Part shown: positions 26,274 to 36,241 of the stretch, piece by piece
Numbering within the stretch: the first letter of the stretch is position 1
Layout of the letters: each line of letters begins with the position of its first letter
Origin: Deferrisomatales bacterium
Lineage (GTDB): Bacteria > Desulfobacterota > Deferrisomatia > Deferrisomatales > JACRMM01
Direction of reading: 5' to 3'
Length of the DNA: 64,000 nucleotides
Assembly (NCBI GenBank): GCA_033551855.1
Contig: JAWSUI010000017.1
Coordinates: 1 to 64,000, forward strand
Notes under the pieces: generated by a model
Database searches by the model: none
What the model was told of the DNA's origin: nothing
Seen by the model: the letters and a program-made list of their open reading frames with translations, nothing else
Position numbers and translations under genes: made by a program

Positions 26274-27566
26274 TCAGACTTTGGCGAGGGCCTGGTCCAG
26301 GTCGGCCAGGATGTCGTCCGCGTGCTCGAGCCCCACGGAGAGCCGCACGAAGTCCGGGGTCACGCCGGCGGCCTCCTGTTCGGCGGGGGTGAGCTGGCTG
26401 TGGGTCGTGGAGGCCGGGTGGATCGCCAGGCTCTTGGCGTCGCCGATGTTGGCCAGGTTGCTGAAGAGCTCCAGGCCGTCGATGAAGCGGCGGCCGGCGT
26501 CGGCTCCCCCCTTGACCCCGAAACCGAGGATCGCGCCGTAGAGGCCCCGGTGGTGGTACAGTCGGGCCAGTTCGTGGGTGGGGTGGCTCGGGAGGCCGGG
26601 GTAGCCGACCCAGCTCACCTTGGGGTGGGACTCCAGGAAGCGCGCAGCGGCCAGGGCGTTCTGGGAGTGGCGCTCCATGCGCAGGTGCAGGGTCTCCAGG
26701 CCCTGTAGGAAGAGGAACGAGTTGAAGGGGCTCACGCACGCCCCGGTGTCGCGCAGCCACTGGACGCGGGCCTTGAGAATGAACGCCACGTTGCCCAGCC
26801 CGGGGAAGTCGCCGAAGGTCTCCCAGAACCGGAGGCCGTGGTAGCTGGGGTCGGGTTCCGTGAAATGCGGAAACTTCCCGTTGCCCCAGTCGAAGCACCC
26901 GCCGTCGACGATGACGCCCCCGATGCTCGTGCCGTGCCCGCCGAGGAACTTGGTGGCGGAGGAGACGACCACGTCCGCCCCGTGGTCGAGGGGGCGAAGC
27001 AGGTAGGGGGTCGGCATGGTGTTGTCCACCACCAGGGGCACCCCGGCGGCGTGGGCCACGTCCGCCACGGCGCGGATGTCCAGGGTGTCCAGCTTGGGGT
27101 TGCCCACGCTCTCGGCGTAGAAGGCCCGGGTCTTCTCGGACACCGCCCGCCGGAAGTTCTCCGGATCCCGCGGGTCGACGAAGCGAACCCGGACCCCCAT
27201 CTTGGGCAGGGTGTACTGGAACAGGGTCCGGGTGCCGCCGTAGAGGTGCTCGGAGGCCACGATTTCGTGGCCTGCCTCTGCGATGCTCAAGAGGGCGAGG
27301 GTTTCCGCCGCCTGGCCGGAAGCCAGGGCCAAGGCCCCCGTTCCCCCTTCCAGGGCCGCCACCCGGTTCTCGAACACGTCGGTGGTGGGGTTCATGATCC
27401 GGGTATAGATGTTGCCGAACTCCTTCAGGGCGAAGAGGTTTTCAGCGTGCTCCGCGCTCCGGAAGACGTAGCTCGTGGTCTGGTGGATCGGCACCGCCCG
27501 GCTGCCGGTGGTGGGATCCGGCGTCTGCCCGGCGTGTACGGCGGCGGTTTCAGGCTTCCACTTCAT
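26274..27566 (-). CDS. metY: O-acetylhomoserine aminocarboxypropyltransferase
   Basis: [29 protein letters not shown] (PLP Lys), ANIGDAKSL. Confidence 0.95.
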   Translation of the reverse strand: MKWKPETAAVHAGQTPDPTTGSRAVPIHQTTSYVFRSAEHAENLFALKEFGNIYTRIMNPTTDVFENRVAALEGGTGALALASGQAAETLALLSIAEAGHEIVASEHLYGGTRTLFQYTLPKMGVRVRFVDPRDPENFRRAVSEKTRAFYAESVGNPKLDTLDIRAVADVAHAAGVPLVVDNTMPTPYLLRPLDHGADVVVSSATKFLGGHGTSIGGVIVDGGCFDWGNGKFPHFTEPDPSYHGLRFWETFGDFPGLGNVAFILKARVQWLRDTGACVSPFNSFLFLQGLETLHLRMERHSQNALAAARFLESHPKVSWVGYPGLPSHPTHELARLYHHRGLYGAILGFGVKGGADAGRRFIDGLELFSNLANIGDAKSLAIHPASTTHSQLTPAEQEAAGVTPDFVRLSVGLEHADDILADLDQALAKV

Positions 27567-27653
27567 GGGGAACCTCCAGGCGGTGTTGTTGACACGTCAG
27601 GTTGGCAACGTCTACGCGGTATTGCCCGCAAAGTCAAGACGATGTGGCTCCCT

Positions 27654-27826
27654 GGATCCACCACCCGTCAGGAGAGCGGAGCCGGGAAGCCCCTCCGCTC
27701 CGCCCCGCAATCCGCGATATTCGGACGAGGCGTTGGGGAGGAAGCGGGCTTGGCCCATCGGTCGAGGCGGTACGGGGCTGCGCTCCACGGCTCCCCGGCC
27801 CCGCCCGAAGATGTGACGGTGGATGC
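27654..27826. repeat. MITE-like repeat family A, copy 2
   Basis: GGATCCACC...GGTGGATGC; CGCCCCGCAATCCGCGATAT and GCGGTACGGGGCTGCGCTCCACGGCTCCCCG identical in copy 3. Confidence 0.85.
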
Positions 27827-27916
27827 TGGGCTCGAGGGGGTCCAGCGCCTTGCAGGAGAAGGCCACCCTGGGGCAGAGTCGGGGGCGCCGAATCCGCTGA
27901 TCCCAGGGAGACCCCC

Positions 27917-28879
27917 GTGCCCGAGGCCCCCCGCCCCGACGCCACAGAACCTGCCAGCCCGGGCCCGCCCGTTGTCGGCCGCTTCGCCCCTTCTCCCACG
28001 GGCCCTCTGCACTTGGGCTCCCTCGTTGCGGCGGTGGGGAGCTACGCCCTGGCACGCCGCGCCGGAGGCCGGTGGCTCCTCCGGATCGAGGACCTGGACG
28101 TCCCCCGGGTGGTCCCCGGGGCGGCAGACGACTTTCTGCGCACCCTGGAGGCCCTGGGCTTCCAGTGGGACGGGGAGGTGGTGCGGCAGAGCCGCCGGGC
28201 GGAGGCTTATCGGGAGGCACTGGAGCGGCTGCAGGCCCGGGGGGCCGTCTACCCCTGCGGGTGCTCCCGTGCCGAGATCGCACGCGCTTCCTCGGCGCCC
28301 CACGGGGAGGAGGGGCCTGTCTACCCCGGAACCTGCCGAGACGGGTTGGGGCGAGGCAGGGAGGTCCGGGCCCATCGGGTGCGGGTGGGAGGGGAGCCCG
28401 TGCGGTGGCGGGATGCGGTCTTCGGGGCGGCCGCGGTCCGTCTGGCCGCCGCGTCGGGGGACTTCGTGATCAGGCGGGCCGACGGCCTCTTCGCCTACCA
28501 ACTCGCGGTGGTCGTGGACGACGCGGCCGCCGGGGTCACGCAGGTGGTCCGGGGTGCGGACCTCCTGGGTTCGACACCCCGGCAGGTGCACCTGCAGGGG
28601 CTCCTGAGCCTTCCGACCCCCGCTTATGCCCACCTCCCCCTGGTCACGGGACCCGGCGGGGAGAAGCTCAGCAAGCGGGACTGCCCCGTCTCCCTGGCCC
28701 TGGGCGCGGGTCTGGGGGCTGAGGGGAGCCCCCTGCTCCTGGCGGCCCTGCGCTTCCTCGGCCAGGCACCGCCCCGGTTCCTCGACGGCGCGCCCGGGGC
28801 CGAGGTGCTGGCCTGGGCCGCCGCCTCCTTCGACCTTCGGGCCGTGCCGCGCACGCCGGGACCCTTCCCTGCCGCCTGA
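27917..28879 (+). CDS. gluQ: Glutamyl-Q tRNA(Asp) synthetase
   Basis: GRFAPSPTGPLHLGS, YPCGCSR, YPGTCR, YQLAVVVDD, KLSK; no anticodon-binding domain. Confidence 0.93.
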   Translation: MPEAPRPDATEPASPGPPVVGRFAPSPTGPLHLGSLVAAVGSYALARRAGGRWLLRIEDLDVPRVVPGAADDFLRTLEALGFQWDGEVVRQSRRAEAYREALERLQARGAVYPCGCSRAEIARASSAPHGEEGPVYPGTCRDGLGRGREVRAHRVRVGGEPVRWRDAVFGAAAVRLAAASGDFVIRRADGLFAYQLAVVVDDAAAGVTQVVRGADLLGSTPRQVHLQGLLSLPTPAYAHLPLVTGPGGEKLSKRDCPVSLALGAGLGAEGSPLLLAALRFLGQAPPRFLDGAPGAEVLAWAAASFDLRAVPRTPGPFPAA

Positions 28880-28902
28880 TCTCTTAGGCCCCCGGCCTGC
28901 CC

Positions 28903-29514
28903 TTACTGCCCGAACTCCTCCCCGTAGTCCTGGAGGGCCGCCTCCACCACCCGCAGGGCGTGCCCCCGGGGGTACACGCCTTCCACGGTGAGGGTCGACT
29001 CCTGTCCCGGGACGAGCTTGTAGGTGCTGAAGTAGTGGCGCAGCCGCTCCACGAGGACGTCCGGGACGTCCGAGAGGTCCTCCGCGCGGCCCCAGACGTT
29101 GTCGTTTTGGAGCACGGCGATGATCTTGTCGTCGGCCTCGCCCCCGTCGAGCACCTGGAGGCCCCCCACCACGCGGGCGTTGAGGATCACCTCCGCCCGG
29201 GCGATGGGCCGCTCGCTCAGGACGCAGATGTCCAGGGGGTCGCCGTCCCCTCGGACGGCCCCCGGGCAGAGGGCGCCGACCCTGCGGCCGCAGTAGGTCC
29301 GCGGCACGAACCCGTAGAGCGCCGGCGGCTGGGAGGAGCTCCGCTGGGGCCGGTCGACGCGGAGGTAGCCCGTGACCTTGTCAACCTCGTACTTGACCAG
29401 GTCGAAGGGCGTGATCTCGATGTACGCGTGGACGAGCTCGGGGGGCGCCGCGCCCGCCTCCAGCCCGTGCCACGGGTGGGGACGCCACCGGAAGAAGGGG
29501 GACGGAAACGGCAT
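28903..29514 (-). CDS. ppa: Inorganic pyrophosphatase
   Basis: [32 protein letters not shown]. Confidence 0.95.
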   Translation of the reverse strand: MPFPSPFFRWRPHPWHGLEAGAAPPELVHAYIEITPFDLVKYEVDKVTGYLRVDRPQRSSSQPPALYGFVPRTYCGRRVGALCPGAVRGDGDPLDICVLSERPIARAEVILNARVVGGLQVLDGGEADDKIIAVLQNDNVWGRAEDLSDVPDVLVERLRHYFSTYKLVPGQESTLTVEGVYPRGHALRVVEAALQDYGEEFGQ

Positions 29515-29600
29515 GGTGGTCTCCTGAGGCGGAGGGGAAGGACGAGAGAAGAGGATCCGCGGGGCGGCGCGTAGGGAGCAGTGTACCCGTTCAGAAACGA

Positions 29601-29628
29601 AAGAGCCGGGGCATCCGCCCCGGCTCTT
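29601..29628 (-). terminator. Intrinsic terminator after ferredoxin
   Basis: AAGAGCCGGGGC-loop-GCCCCGGCTCTT with T-rich tail on the minus strand. Confidence 0.75.
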
Positions 29629-29653
29629 CAGAAGGTCTCTTCGGTGCTTCGGC

Positions 29654-29833
29654 TCAGGCCTCGTCCTCCGGGACGCACGCACCCACCGGGCACACCTCGG
29701 CGCAGGTGCCGCAGTCCACGCAGGTGTCCGGATCGATCACGTACTTGTCGTCACCCTCGGTGATGGCTTCGACCGGGCACTCCTCGACGCAGTCTCCGCA
29801 CTTCTCGCACTTGTCGGTGATCACGTAGGACAT
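29654..29833 (-). CDS. 2[4Fe-4S] ferredoxin
   Basis: [12 protein letters not shown] and [12 protein letters not shown]. Confidence 0.95.
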   Translation of the reverse strand: MSYVITDKCEKCGDCVEECPVEAITEGDDKYVIDPDTCVDCGTCAEVCPVGACVPEDEA

Positions 29834-29909
29834 CTTGCTTCCTCCGTCAGGGTTTCTGGGCGCTCCGCCCGGGGTCGGGCGGCAGCATGTCCCATCCCTG
29901 CGCGGCCTG

Positions 29910-30473
29910 TCAAGGGACAATTTCCCCCTCGGAAACCGTGGATGCGTGCTTTTTCCTCTGGTCGTGCTTGAGCATTTCCTCGGTGCGCTCCCGAGCGCGG
30001 GCCTCGCGCTCCCCGATCGCCGCCTTCTCGGCGAGGAAGACCCGGAACCACCGCGTGGCGTCCTCGAAGAGCGCCGGGTCCCTCTCCTGCACGGTGTAGA
30101 GCCGGTTCGTGTCGAAGAGCCGGTCCTCGCCCTCGTACTCGGAGTAGAGGGTCTTGAAGAGCTCCTTCACCGCGGGCCGGTCCTCCGGGATCAGCTCGAG
30201 GAGCAGCCGCAGGTCCTCCCGGCGCGATTTCCTCTGCTCGTTGAGCTCCAGGGCCTTGATGTTGTCCGCCCCCACGCAGGAAGCAGCCGAGGGGCACCAC
30301 TTGGCGCACCCCAGGTCCATGCGGTCATTGAACACGATCTCGCCGCACCCCTTGCAGCGGTGCTTCACCTCGTCCTTGAAGAACTCCAGGGGCTTGCGGC
30401 ACTTGGGGCACTCCACGTCGAAGATCGCGTCGAAGCCCCACTGCTGGGTGTCTTGGCCGGGGCACTTGGACAT
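29910..30473 (-). CDS. Hypothetical protein with Cys-rich N-terminal metal-binding domain
   Basis: CPGQD...CPKC...EFFKDE...CKGC...GCAKWCPSAASC. Confidence 0.75.
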   Translation of the reverse strand: MSKCPGQDTQQWGFDAIFDVECPKCRKPLEFFKDEVKHRCKGCGEIVFNDRMDLGCAKWCPSAASCVGADNIKALELNEQRKSRREDLRLLLELIPEDRPAVKELFKTLYSEYEGEDRLFDTNRLYTVQERDPALFEDATRWFRVFLAEKAAIGEREARARERTEEMLKHDQRKKHASTVSEGEIVP

Positions 30474-30508
30474 GGTCTCACCTCCGTCGAGGGTCAGGGT
30501 CTGACACG

Positions 30509-30549
30509 ATGATACACCAGAGCGGTCAGGGTTCCTTGACGGAGGTCAA
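30509..30549 (-). promoter_or_regulatory. Crp/Fnr-type site with class II promoter
   Basis: Perfect palindrome TTGAC-GGAG-GTCAA 30536-30549; -10 TATCAT on minus strand 30514-30509. Confidence 0.75.
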
Positions 30550-30574
30550 CCGACGGCGATCCCCTCGCGTTTCG

Positions 30575-31258
30575 TCACTCCTCCGCCGGCCCCTCGGCCA
30601 CGGCCTGGAGCGCCCCCTTGTCCAGGATCTTCACGAAACGCCCCCGGACCTGCACCCACCCCGCGTCCTGGAACTTCCGCAAGGTGCGCGACAAGGTCTC
30701 GCTCACCGTACCGACCTGGCTGGCCAACTCCCCCTTCGTGATCTCCAGGTCCCAGAAGTCCCGCCCCTTCTCCCGCGCGGTGTTCAGGAACCAGCGCGCG
30801 ACCCGGGCGGAGACGTCCTTGAGGGAGAGATCCTCGATGCGGTCTGCGAACTGCTTGAGGTACCGCGAGAGGGTGGCGATGATGTTCAGGCTGATGCCGG
30901 GCTCGTCCTGCAGCAGGGCGAGGAAGGGGGCCTTGGGCAGGAGCAGGGTCCGGGACTTCTGGAGCGCCTCGGCGTAGGCCGGGTAGCCCCCGGGCATGAA
31001 GACCGCGGCCTCCGCGAAGGCCTGCCCCGGTCGGACGACGTGGAGGATGTGCTCCTTGCCGTCCGGGGAGAGCTTGTAGATCTTCACCCGGCCGCTCAGG
31101 AGCACGAAGATGCCCTCCGCGGGCTCCCCCTCGCGGAAGAGCACGTCCCGCCGCCCGTGTTCCACCACCCGGCAGATTTCCTGGATCCTCCGAAGCTGGG
31201 TTTCCTCGAGGCCGGCGAAGAGCGGGATCGACCGGATCTCTGAGGCGTCGGCGGGCAT
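30575..31258 (-). CDS. Crp/Fnr-family regulator (HcpR/Dnr-like)
   Basis: cNMP-binding-like domain (LFREGE, G.FAEAAVF), HTH GTVSETLSR; no Fnr Cys cluster. Confidence 0.92.
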   Translation of the reverse strand: MPADASEIRSIPLFAGLEETQLRRIQEICRVVEHGRRDVLFREGEPAEGIFVLLSGRVKIYKLSPDGKEHILHVVRPGQAFAEAAVFMPGGYPAYAEALQKSRTLLLPKAPFLALLQDEPGISLNIIATLSRYLKQFADRIEDLSLKDVSARVARWFLNTAREKGRDFWDLEITKGELASQVGTVSETLSRTLRKFQDAGWVQVRGRFVKILDKGALQAVAEGPAEE

Positions 31259-31378
31259 GGGCTGTCTCCGGTGAGAAGGGGAGGGGCCCTTTCGGGCCCC
31301 CGTGGGTCGGCCGAAGGAAGGCGCGGCTGCCCCTTCTTTGCCGAATCTCGGCCCCGTGTCAAGGGACGGGCCGGACCT

Positions 31379-31580
31379 GGACCCACCGGCGGGTCGGCGA
31401 GCGGCGTCCGGGAGCCCCTGCGTTGCGCCCCGCAATCCGCGATATCCGGACGAGGCGTTGGCGAGGAAGCGGCGACGCCCCGCTTCACCCGTTTCTGCGG
31501 GCTTGGGCGCATCGGTCGAAGCGGTACGGGGCTGCGCTCCACGGCTCCCCGACCCCGCCGGAGAACCTGACGGTGGATTC
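31379..31580. repeat. MITE-like repeat family A, copy 3
   Basis: GGACCCACC...GGTGGATTC; shared internal blocks. Confidence 0.85.
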
Positions 31581-31741
31581 TGGTGGGGCGGGGACGGGCT
31601 GGGCCTGGATCCCCCCTCTCGGCGGACCCCGGGTGCCGGGGCCCCGGCGGCTTGCCCCCCGCGGACCCGCTGTGCTGTAATGTGCTCGGGCGCCCCGGTA
31701 CGCGAGGCGCCTGGACCTTTCTTGCCCCGGAGATCGAAGAC

Positions 31742-32629
31742 GTGTGGACCCCCGACTCCCTCGACTACGAGGGCGCGATCTACCGCCCGCCCAGCGAGGC
31801 CCGCTCCATCATCCTCCAGGCCACCGTAGGGTGCTCCCACGGGCGGTGCACTTTTTGCCCGAGTTATCAGGAGAAGCGGTTCCGGATCAAGGAGCGTGCC
31901 ACCGTCGAGGCCGATCTGCGCAAGGCGGCCCGCCTCTTCCCCCAGGTCAAGCGCCTTTTCGTCGCCGACGGGGACGCCCTCATCCTGCCCATGGAGCACT
32001 GGCGCTGGCTCCTGCCCGCGATCCGGGAGCACCTGCCCTGGGTGCAGAGGGTGGGCGCGTACGCCACGGCGCGCGCCGTGCGGAAGAAGACCGACGAGGA
32101 CCTGGCGTGGCTGCGGGACAACGGCCTGCGCATCCTGTACCTGGGGCTCGAGAGCGGGGACGACGAGACCCTGCGCTACGTGAAGAAGGATTCGGACGCC
32201 GCCCAGATGGTGGAGGCGGGCCGCCGTGTGAAGGCTGCCGGCATCACGCTGTCGGTCACCGTACTCCTGGGTATCGCGCCCCCGGGGGGCAGCCTGCGCC
32301 ACGCCCGGGAGACCGGCCGCGTCCTTACGGCCATGGACCCCCAGTTCGTCGGTGCCCTCTCCGTGATGCTGTGCGAGGGCACCGAGATGGCGGCCCTCGC
32401 CGCCCGCGGGGAGCACCCCGTCCCCGGGCCTGGGGACCTCCTGGAGGAGCTCCGGGAGATGCTGGCCCACACCGAGCTCTCGGATGGGAGCTTCATGGCG
32501 AATCATGCCTCCAACTACCTGCCCCTCACGGTCCGGATGCCCGAGGAAAAGGCTCAGGCCCTGGCATTGCTCGACGGCGCCCTGGCCGGCCGCGTGGCCC
32601 TGCGACCCGAGGCCCACCGGGCGCTGTAG
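31742..32629 (+). CDS. Radical SAM protein
   Basis: YRPPSEARS, GCSHGRCTFC, YLGLESG, NHASNY. Confidence 0.9.
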   Translation: MWTPDSLDYEGAIYRPPSEARSIILQATVGCSHGRCTFCPSYQEKRFRIKERATVEADLRKAARLFPQVKRLFVADGDALILPMEHWRWLLPAIREHLPWVQRVGAYATARAVRKKTDEDLAWLRDNGLRILYLGLESGDDETLRYVKKDSDAAQMVEAGRRVKAAGITLSVTVLLGIAPPGGSLRHARETGRVLTAMDPQFVGALSVMLCEGTEMAALAARGEHPVPGPGDLLEELREMLAHTELSDGSFMANHASNYLPLTVRMPEEKAQALALLDGALAGRVALRPEAHRAL

Positions 32630-32694
32630 AGGGGGGCGGGGAGCAACGCGTAATGAGCAGAATCCAACCCGCAATGAGCAGCGAGCAAATTCCC

Positions 32695-33564
32695 ATGACC
32701 GAGTTCCACCGTTTCACCGGTACGGAGGGCTATGTGGCGTCCCGCGCCCTCCAGGACGCCGTCAACGTGGCGCTGGCGCTGGAGCGCCCGCTGCTCATCA
32801 AAGGGGAGCCCGGAACGGGCAAGACACTGCTGGCCCACCACGTCGCCCGGGGGCTGGGGATGGATGTCCTGGTGTGGAACGTGAAGTCCACCACCAAGGC
32901 CCGGGAGGGGCTCTACGTCTACGACACGGTCGCCCGCCTCAACGACGCCCGGTTCGGTGACGGGGACGTGCGCGACATCGGGCGCTACATCAAGCTCGGC
33001 CCCTTGGGCCGCGCCTGCGCCAGCCCAGAGCGTGTGGTGGTGCTGATCGACGAGGTGGACAAGGCCGACATCGAGTTCCCCAACGACCTCCTCCACGAGC
33101 TCGACCAGATGTCCTTCGAGATTCTCGAGACCGGGGAGACGGTGCGGGCGGTCCGGCGCCCCGCGGTGATCATCACCTCGAACTCCGAGAAGGAGCTCCC
33201 TGACGCGTTCCTGCGCCGGTGCGTGTTCCACTACATCGACTTCCCGGACGAGGCCCAGATGCGCGCCATCGTCGAGGTGCACTTCCCCGGCCTCCCCGAG
33301 CAGCTCCTGACGGCGAGCCTGCGGGTCTTCTACTCCCTGCGGGAGGTGACGGGGTTCCGGAAGAAGCCCTCCACCTCGGAGCTCCTGGACTGGATCCGGG
33401 TCCTGCTGGCGAGCGGGGCTCGACCGCCGGAGCCGGAGGAGGGCCTCGAGGCGGCCCCCTTCCTCGGGGCCCTGGTGAAGATGCAGGAGGACGCCGAGAC
33501 CCTGGCCCGCCACACCACCCGCAGCGCCGACCCGCGCACCGCCGGGAGGCGCTACTTCCGGTGA
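32695..33564 (+). CDS. MoxR-family AAA+ ATPase
   Basis: GEPGTGKT, LIDEVDKAD, ELPDAFLRRC, KKPSTSEL. Confidence 0.92.
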   Translation: MTEFHRFTGTEGYVASRALQDAVNVALALERPLLIKGEPGTGKTLLAHHVARGLGMDVLVWNVKSTTKAREGLYVYDTVARLNDARFGDGDVRDIGRYIKLGPLGRACASPERVVVLIDEVDKADIEFPNDLLHELDQMSFEILETGETVRAVRRPAVIITSNSEKELPDAFLRRCVFHYIDFPDEAQMRAIVEVHFPGLPEQLLTASLRVFYSLREVTGFRKKPSTSELLDWIRVLLASGARPPEPEEGLEAAPFLGALVKMQEDAETLARHTTRSADPRTAGRRYFR

Positions 33565-33619
33565 GGGGAGACTCGGTTCCCGAGGGTGGTACCCTGACCC
33601 CTGCCCCCCGACCTCGCGC

Positions 33620-34789
33620 ATGTTCCTTCCGTTCTTCCACGCCCTAAAGGCTCTCGGGGTGCCGGTCACCCCCACCGAGTGGCTTGCCCTCATGGAGGCC
33701 CTGTCCAAGGGGCTCCACCGGGAGAGCCTGCAGGACTTCTACCATCTTGCCCGGAGCCTCCTGGTGAAGGACGTGGTCCACTACGACGCATTCGACCAGG
33801 CGTTCGCCCACTGCTTCCGCGGGGGGGAGCTGCCCGACGAGAGCGCCACCAAGGACCAGATCCTCCAGTGGCTCAAGGACCCCCTCACCCCCTTGCAGCT
33901 CTCCCGGGAGGAGATCGCCCGGATGGAGGGCCTCACCCTGGACGAGCTTCTCCGGGAGCTCGAGGATCGGCTCCGCACCCAGGACGGCGCCCACCACGGC
34001 GGGCACCACTGGATCGGGACCGGGGGTACGAGCCCCTTCGGCGCCTTCGGCAGCCACCCCACCGGCATCTCCTTCGCACCGGAAGGCGGCGGCGGCGGCG
34101 CCGTGCTCCAGGCCTTCGCCCGGCGCTACCGGAACCTGCGCAGCGACCTCACCCTGGACGTGCGGCAGATCGGGGTGGCCCTCAAGAAGCTCCGGGACCT
34201 GCGCAAGGAGGGCGAGGAGGTCCTGGACGTGGAGGCAACGGTGGAGCGAACCTGCCGCAACGCCGGGGAGATCGACCTGGTGTTCGGCCGGGAACGGGAG
34301 AACCAGGTGAGGCTCATCCTGGCCATGGACACCGGCGGGTCCATGGAGCCCCACCGGGAGCTCTCGGAGCGGCTCTTCTCCGCAGCCCACGGCCTCAACC
34401 ACTTCAAGGACTTCCGGGCTTTCTACTTCCACAATTGCGTGTACGAGAACCTCTACACCGACCTCGCAGCCGGGGAGTTCGTGCCCACAGCCGATGTGGT
34501 GCGGGAGTGCGCCGGCACCTACCGCCTCGTGGTGGTCGGAGACGCCTCCATGGCGCCCTACGAGCTCCTGATCCCCAACGGCACCTTGGAGCGGTACCGG
34601 ACTACGATGGTCAAGGGGATCGACTGGCTGCGGATGCTCGCCGACGCGTTCCCCAAGCGGGTGTGGCTCAACCCCTTGAAGGAGTCGTCCTGGGGGTACA
34701 CCGACACCGTCGAGACCGTCGGTCGCCTCTTCCCCATGTTCCCCCTCACCCTGGAGGGCCTGGACCGGGCGGTGAAGCACCTTCTGTGA
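33620..34789 (+). CDS. VWA-domain (CoxE-like) partner of MoxR
   Basis: WIGTGGTSPFG, MIDAS-like DTGGSM, FYFHNCVY, VGDASM. Confidence 0.9.
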   Translation: MFLPFFHALKALGVPVTPTEWLALMEALSKGLHRESLQDFYHLARSLLVKDVVHYDAFDQAFAHCFRGGELPDESATKDQILQWLKDPLTPLQLSREEIARMEGLTLDELLRELEDRLRTQDGAHHGGHHWIGTGGTSPFGAFGSHPTGISFAPEGGGGGAVLQAFARRYRNLRSDLTLDVRQIGVALKKLRDLRKEGEEVLDVEATVERTCRNAGEIDLVFGRERENQVRLILAMDTGGSMEPHRELSERLFSAAHGLNHFKDFRAFYFHNCVYENLYTDLAAGEFVPTADVVRECAGTYRLVVVGDASMAPYELLIPNGTLERYRTTMVKGIDWLRMLADAFPKRVWLNPLKESSWGYTDTVETVGRLFPMFPLTLEGLDRAVKHLL

Positions 34790-34850
34790 TGTCGCTCCGG
34801 GACGGAGGACGGAGGACGGAAGACGGGGGGCGGGGACCCGGCACATTTCC

Positions 34851-35135
34851 GTGGTATCCTCGAGGGAGACACGCGGGGGCGGGCCGGGAGGCCGGCCGGT
34901 CGGGGAGGTTCGGGTGCGACGCCGCATCTATCTGCAGCCGGGGGACGTGGTGTACCACCAGGGGTACCGCATCTGGGGGCAGGGCCGGGTGGTGGAGGTG
35001 CGGACCTCGGTGCTCGAAGGGGGGCCGGCCTTGGTGCGGATCGCGTTCCAGGACGGCCGGGAGCGCACCTTCTTCAACGATCTCGACGAGCCCACCTGCT
35101 GCTACTTCATGGGCATCCGCTTCTGCGACCGGTAG
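34851..35135 (+). CDS. Small SH3/Tudor-like protein (DUF3553-like)
   Basis: GDVVYH...WGQGRV...RIAFQDG; start uncertain. Confidence 0.6.
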   Translation: MVSSRETRGGGPGGRPVGEVRVRRRIYLQPGDVVYHQGYRIWGQGRVVEVRTSVLEGGPALVRIAFQDGRERTFFNDLDEPTCCYFMGIRFCDR

Positions 35136-35310
35136 GCGGGGGGTCCGAAGGCTCACGCCGCCCCGGGGCACGCTTGCGGACTCCCCATCCTCGAAACCGA
35201 TGCCCCTGGCCGGGCCCGGCCGGCGGCAAGCTCGGCGTCTCCCGAACGATCTCCGCTGGGGCTCTTCGAAAGGCGGCGGAGGGAAGGCTCCCAGGGGGCG
35301 GAGGAAGCCG

Positions 35311-36171
35311 TTGGACGGACCGCGCAGCCTCGTCAACGCCTGGAAGCGACGGGGTGTGTTCGCCTGCACCCACGACGCCCACGAGGACTTCGAGGGCAGC
35401 GTGAGCCCCCATCACGTCCTGCGGGAGAAGCGCTGCTACCCCCAAGGATGCCTGTACTTCCGGTGGCGCTGCCGCCGGCTCGAGAAGGGGCAGCCCTGCA
35501 AGCGGAAGTTCACGGCCGCCGGCCGCCTGTGCCGCGGCTGCCGGGAATACGAGGAAGAAAAGGTCCACCAGCAGCCGCGCCTGCTGTTGACGCCGGGGGA
35601 GTGGTACGCGTTTCGCCGGGAGCTCGAGGAGCTCGAGGACTGGTTCGACCGGACTGCGGGGCGCGAGGTGGAGGTGAGCGCGGAGGTGGTGGCTGTGAAG
35701 CCCTCCTTCGTCCGGGAGGTGGATGCGGGAAGCCGCATCCGGTTCCGCGGGTTCCTCGCGGTGCTGCGCGACGCGTACCTGGGCCGGACGCTGCTGCGTT
35801 CCCCCGTCTACCTGCGCGCGTCCCGGGGCGTGCAGGAGCGGCACGGGCTGCGGGCGGGCGACGTGCTGGACTTTCGCGCCACGGTGCGGGAGGACCGGGG
35901 CCGCCTCGTCCTCGACCGGCCCCGAGCCCTGGAGGTGCTGAGCCGAGGCCCTGGGGAGGCGTGGACCTTCTCGGCCGGCCTGGCGGCGAAGCACTCGGCC
36001 ACGGCCTTCCGGCGCCAGCCCGAGCGGTGTCTCCTGTGCCCGGGCGGAACCCTCCTGGACGTCCACCAGGAGACGCGGGACGGGGTGCGGCACTACCGCC
36101 GGCTCCTGTGCCTCGAGGGAGCCCCGGAGCCCGGGGTGTGCGCGGCCTGGGGCGACGTCTCGGCGGTCTGA
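35311..36171 (+). CDS. Cys/His-rich hypothetical protein
   Basis: Protein-like C-terminal part of the 33679 ORF (CYPQGC, CRGC, CLLC); GGAGG before TTG. Confidence 0.65.
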   Translation: MDGPRSLVNAWKRRGVFACTHDAHEDFEGSVSPHHVLREKRCYPQGCLYFRWRCRRLEKGQPCKRKFTAAGRLCRGCREYEEEKVHQQPRLLLTPGEWYAFRRELEELEDWFDRTAGREVEVSAEVVAVKPSFVREVDAGSRIRFRGFLAVLRDAYLGRTLLRSPVYLRASRGVQERHGLRAGDVLDFRATVREDRGRLVLDRPRALEVLSRGPGEAWTFSAGLAAKHSATAFRRQPERCLLCPGGTLLDVHQETRDGVRHYRRLLCLEGAPEPGVCAAWGDVSAV

Positions 36172-36241
36172 GGCGGCTCCTTGCCGTGTTTTCGAAAGAG
36201 CAGCCGAGCAGCGCCCGTCCGAGGGGCGCCAGGAGGTCCGG

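Noticed and set aside
27567..27650. SAM riboswitch upstream of metY
   Set aside because: The leader is short and has no recognisable SAM-I/II core; the adjacent structure is repeat family A.
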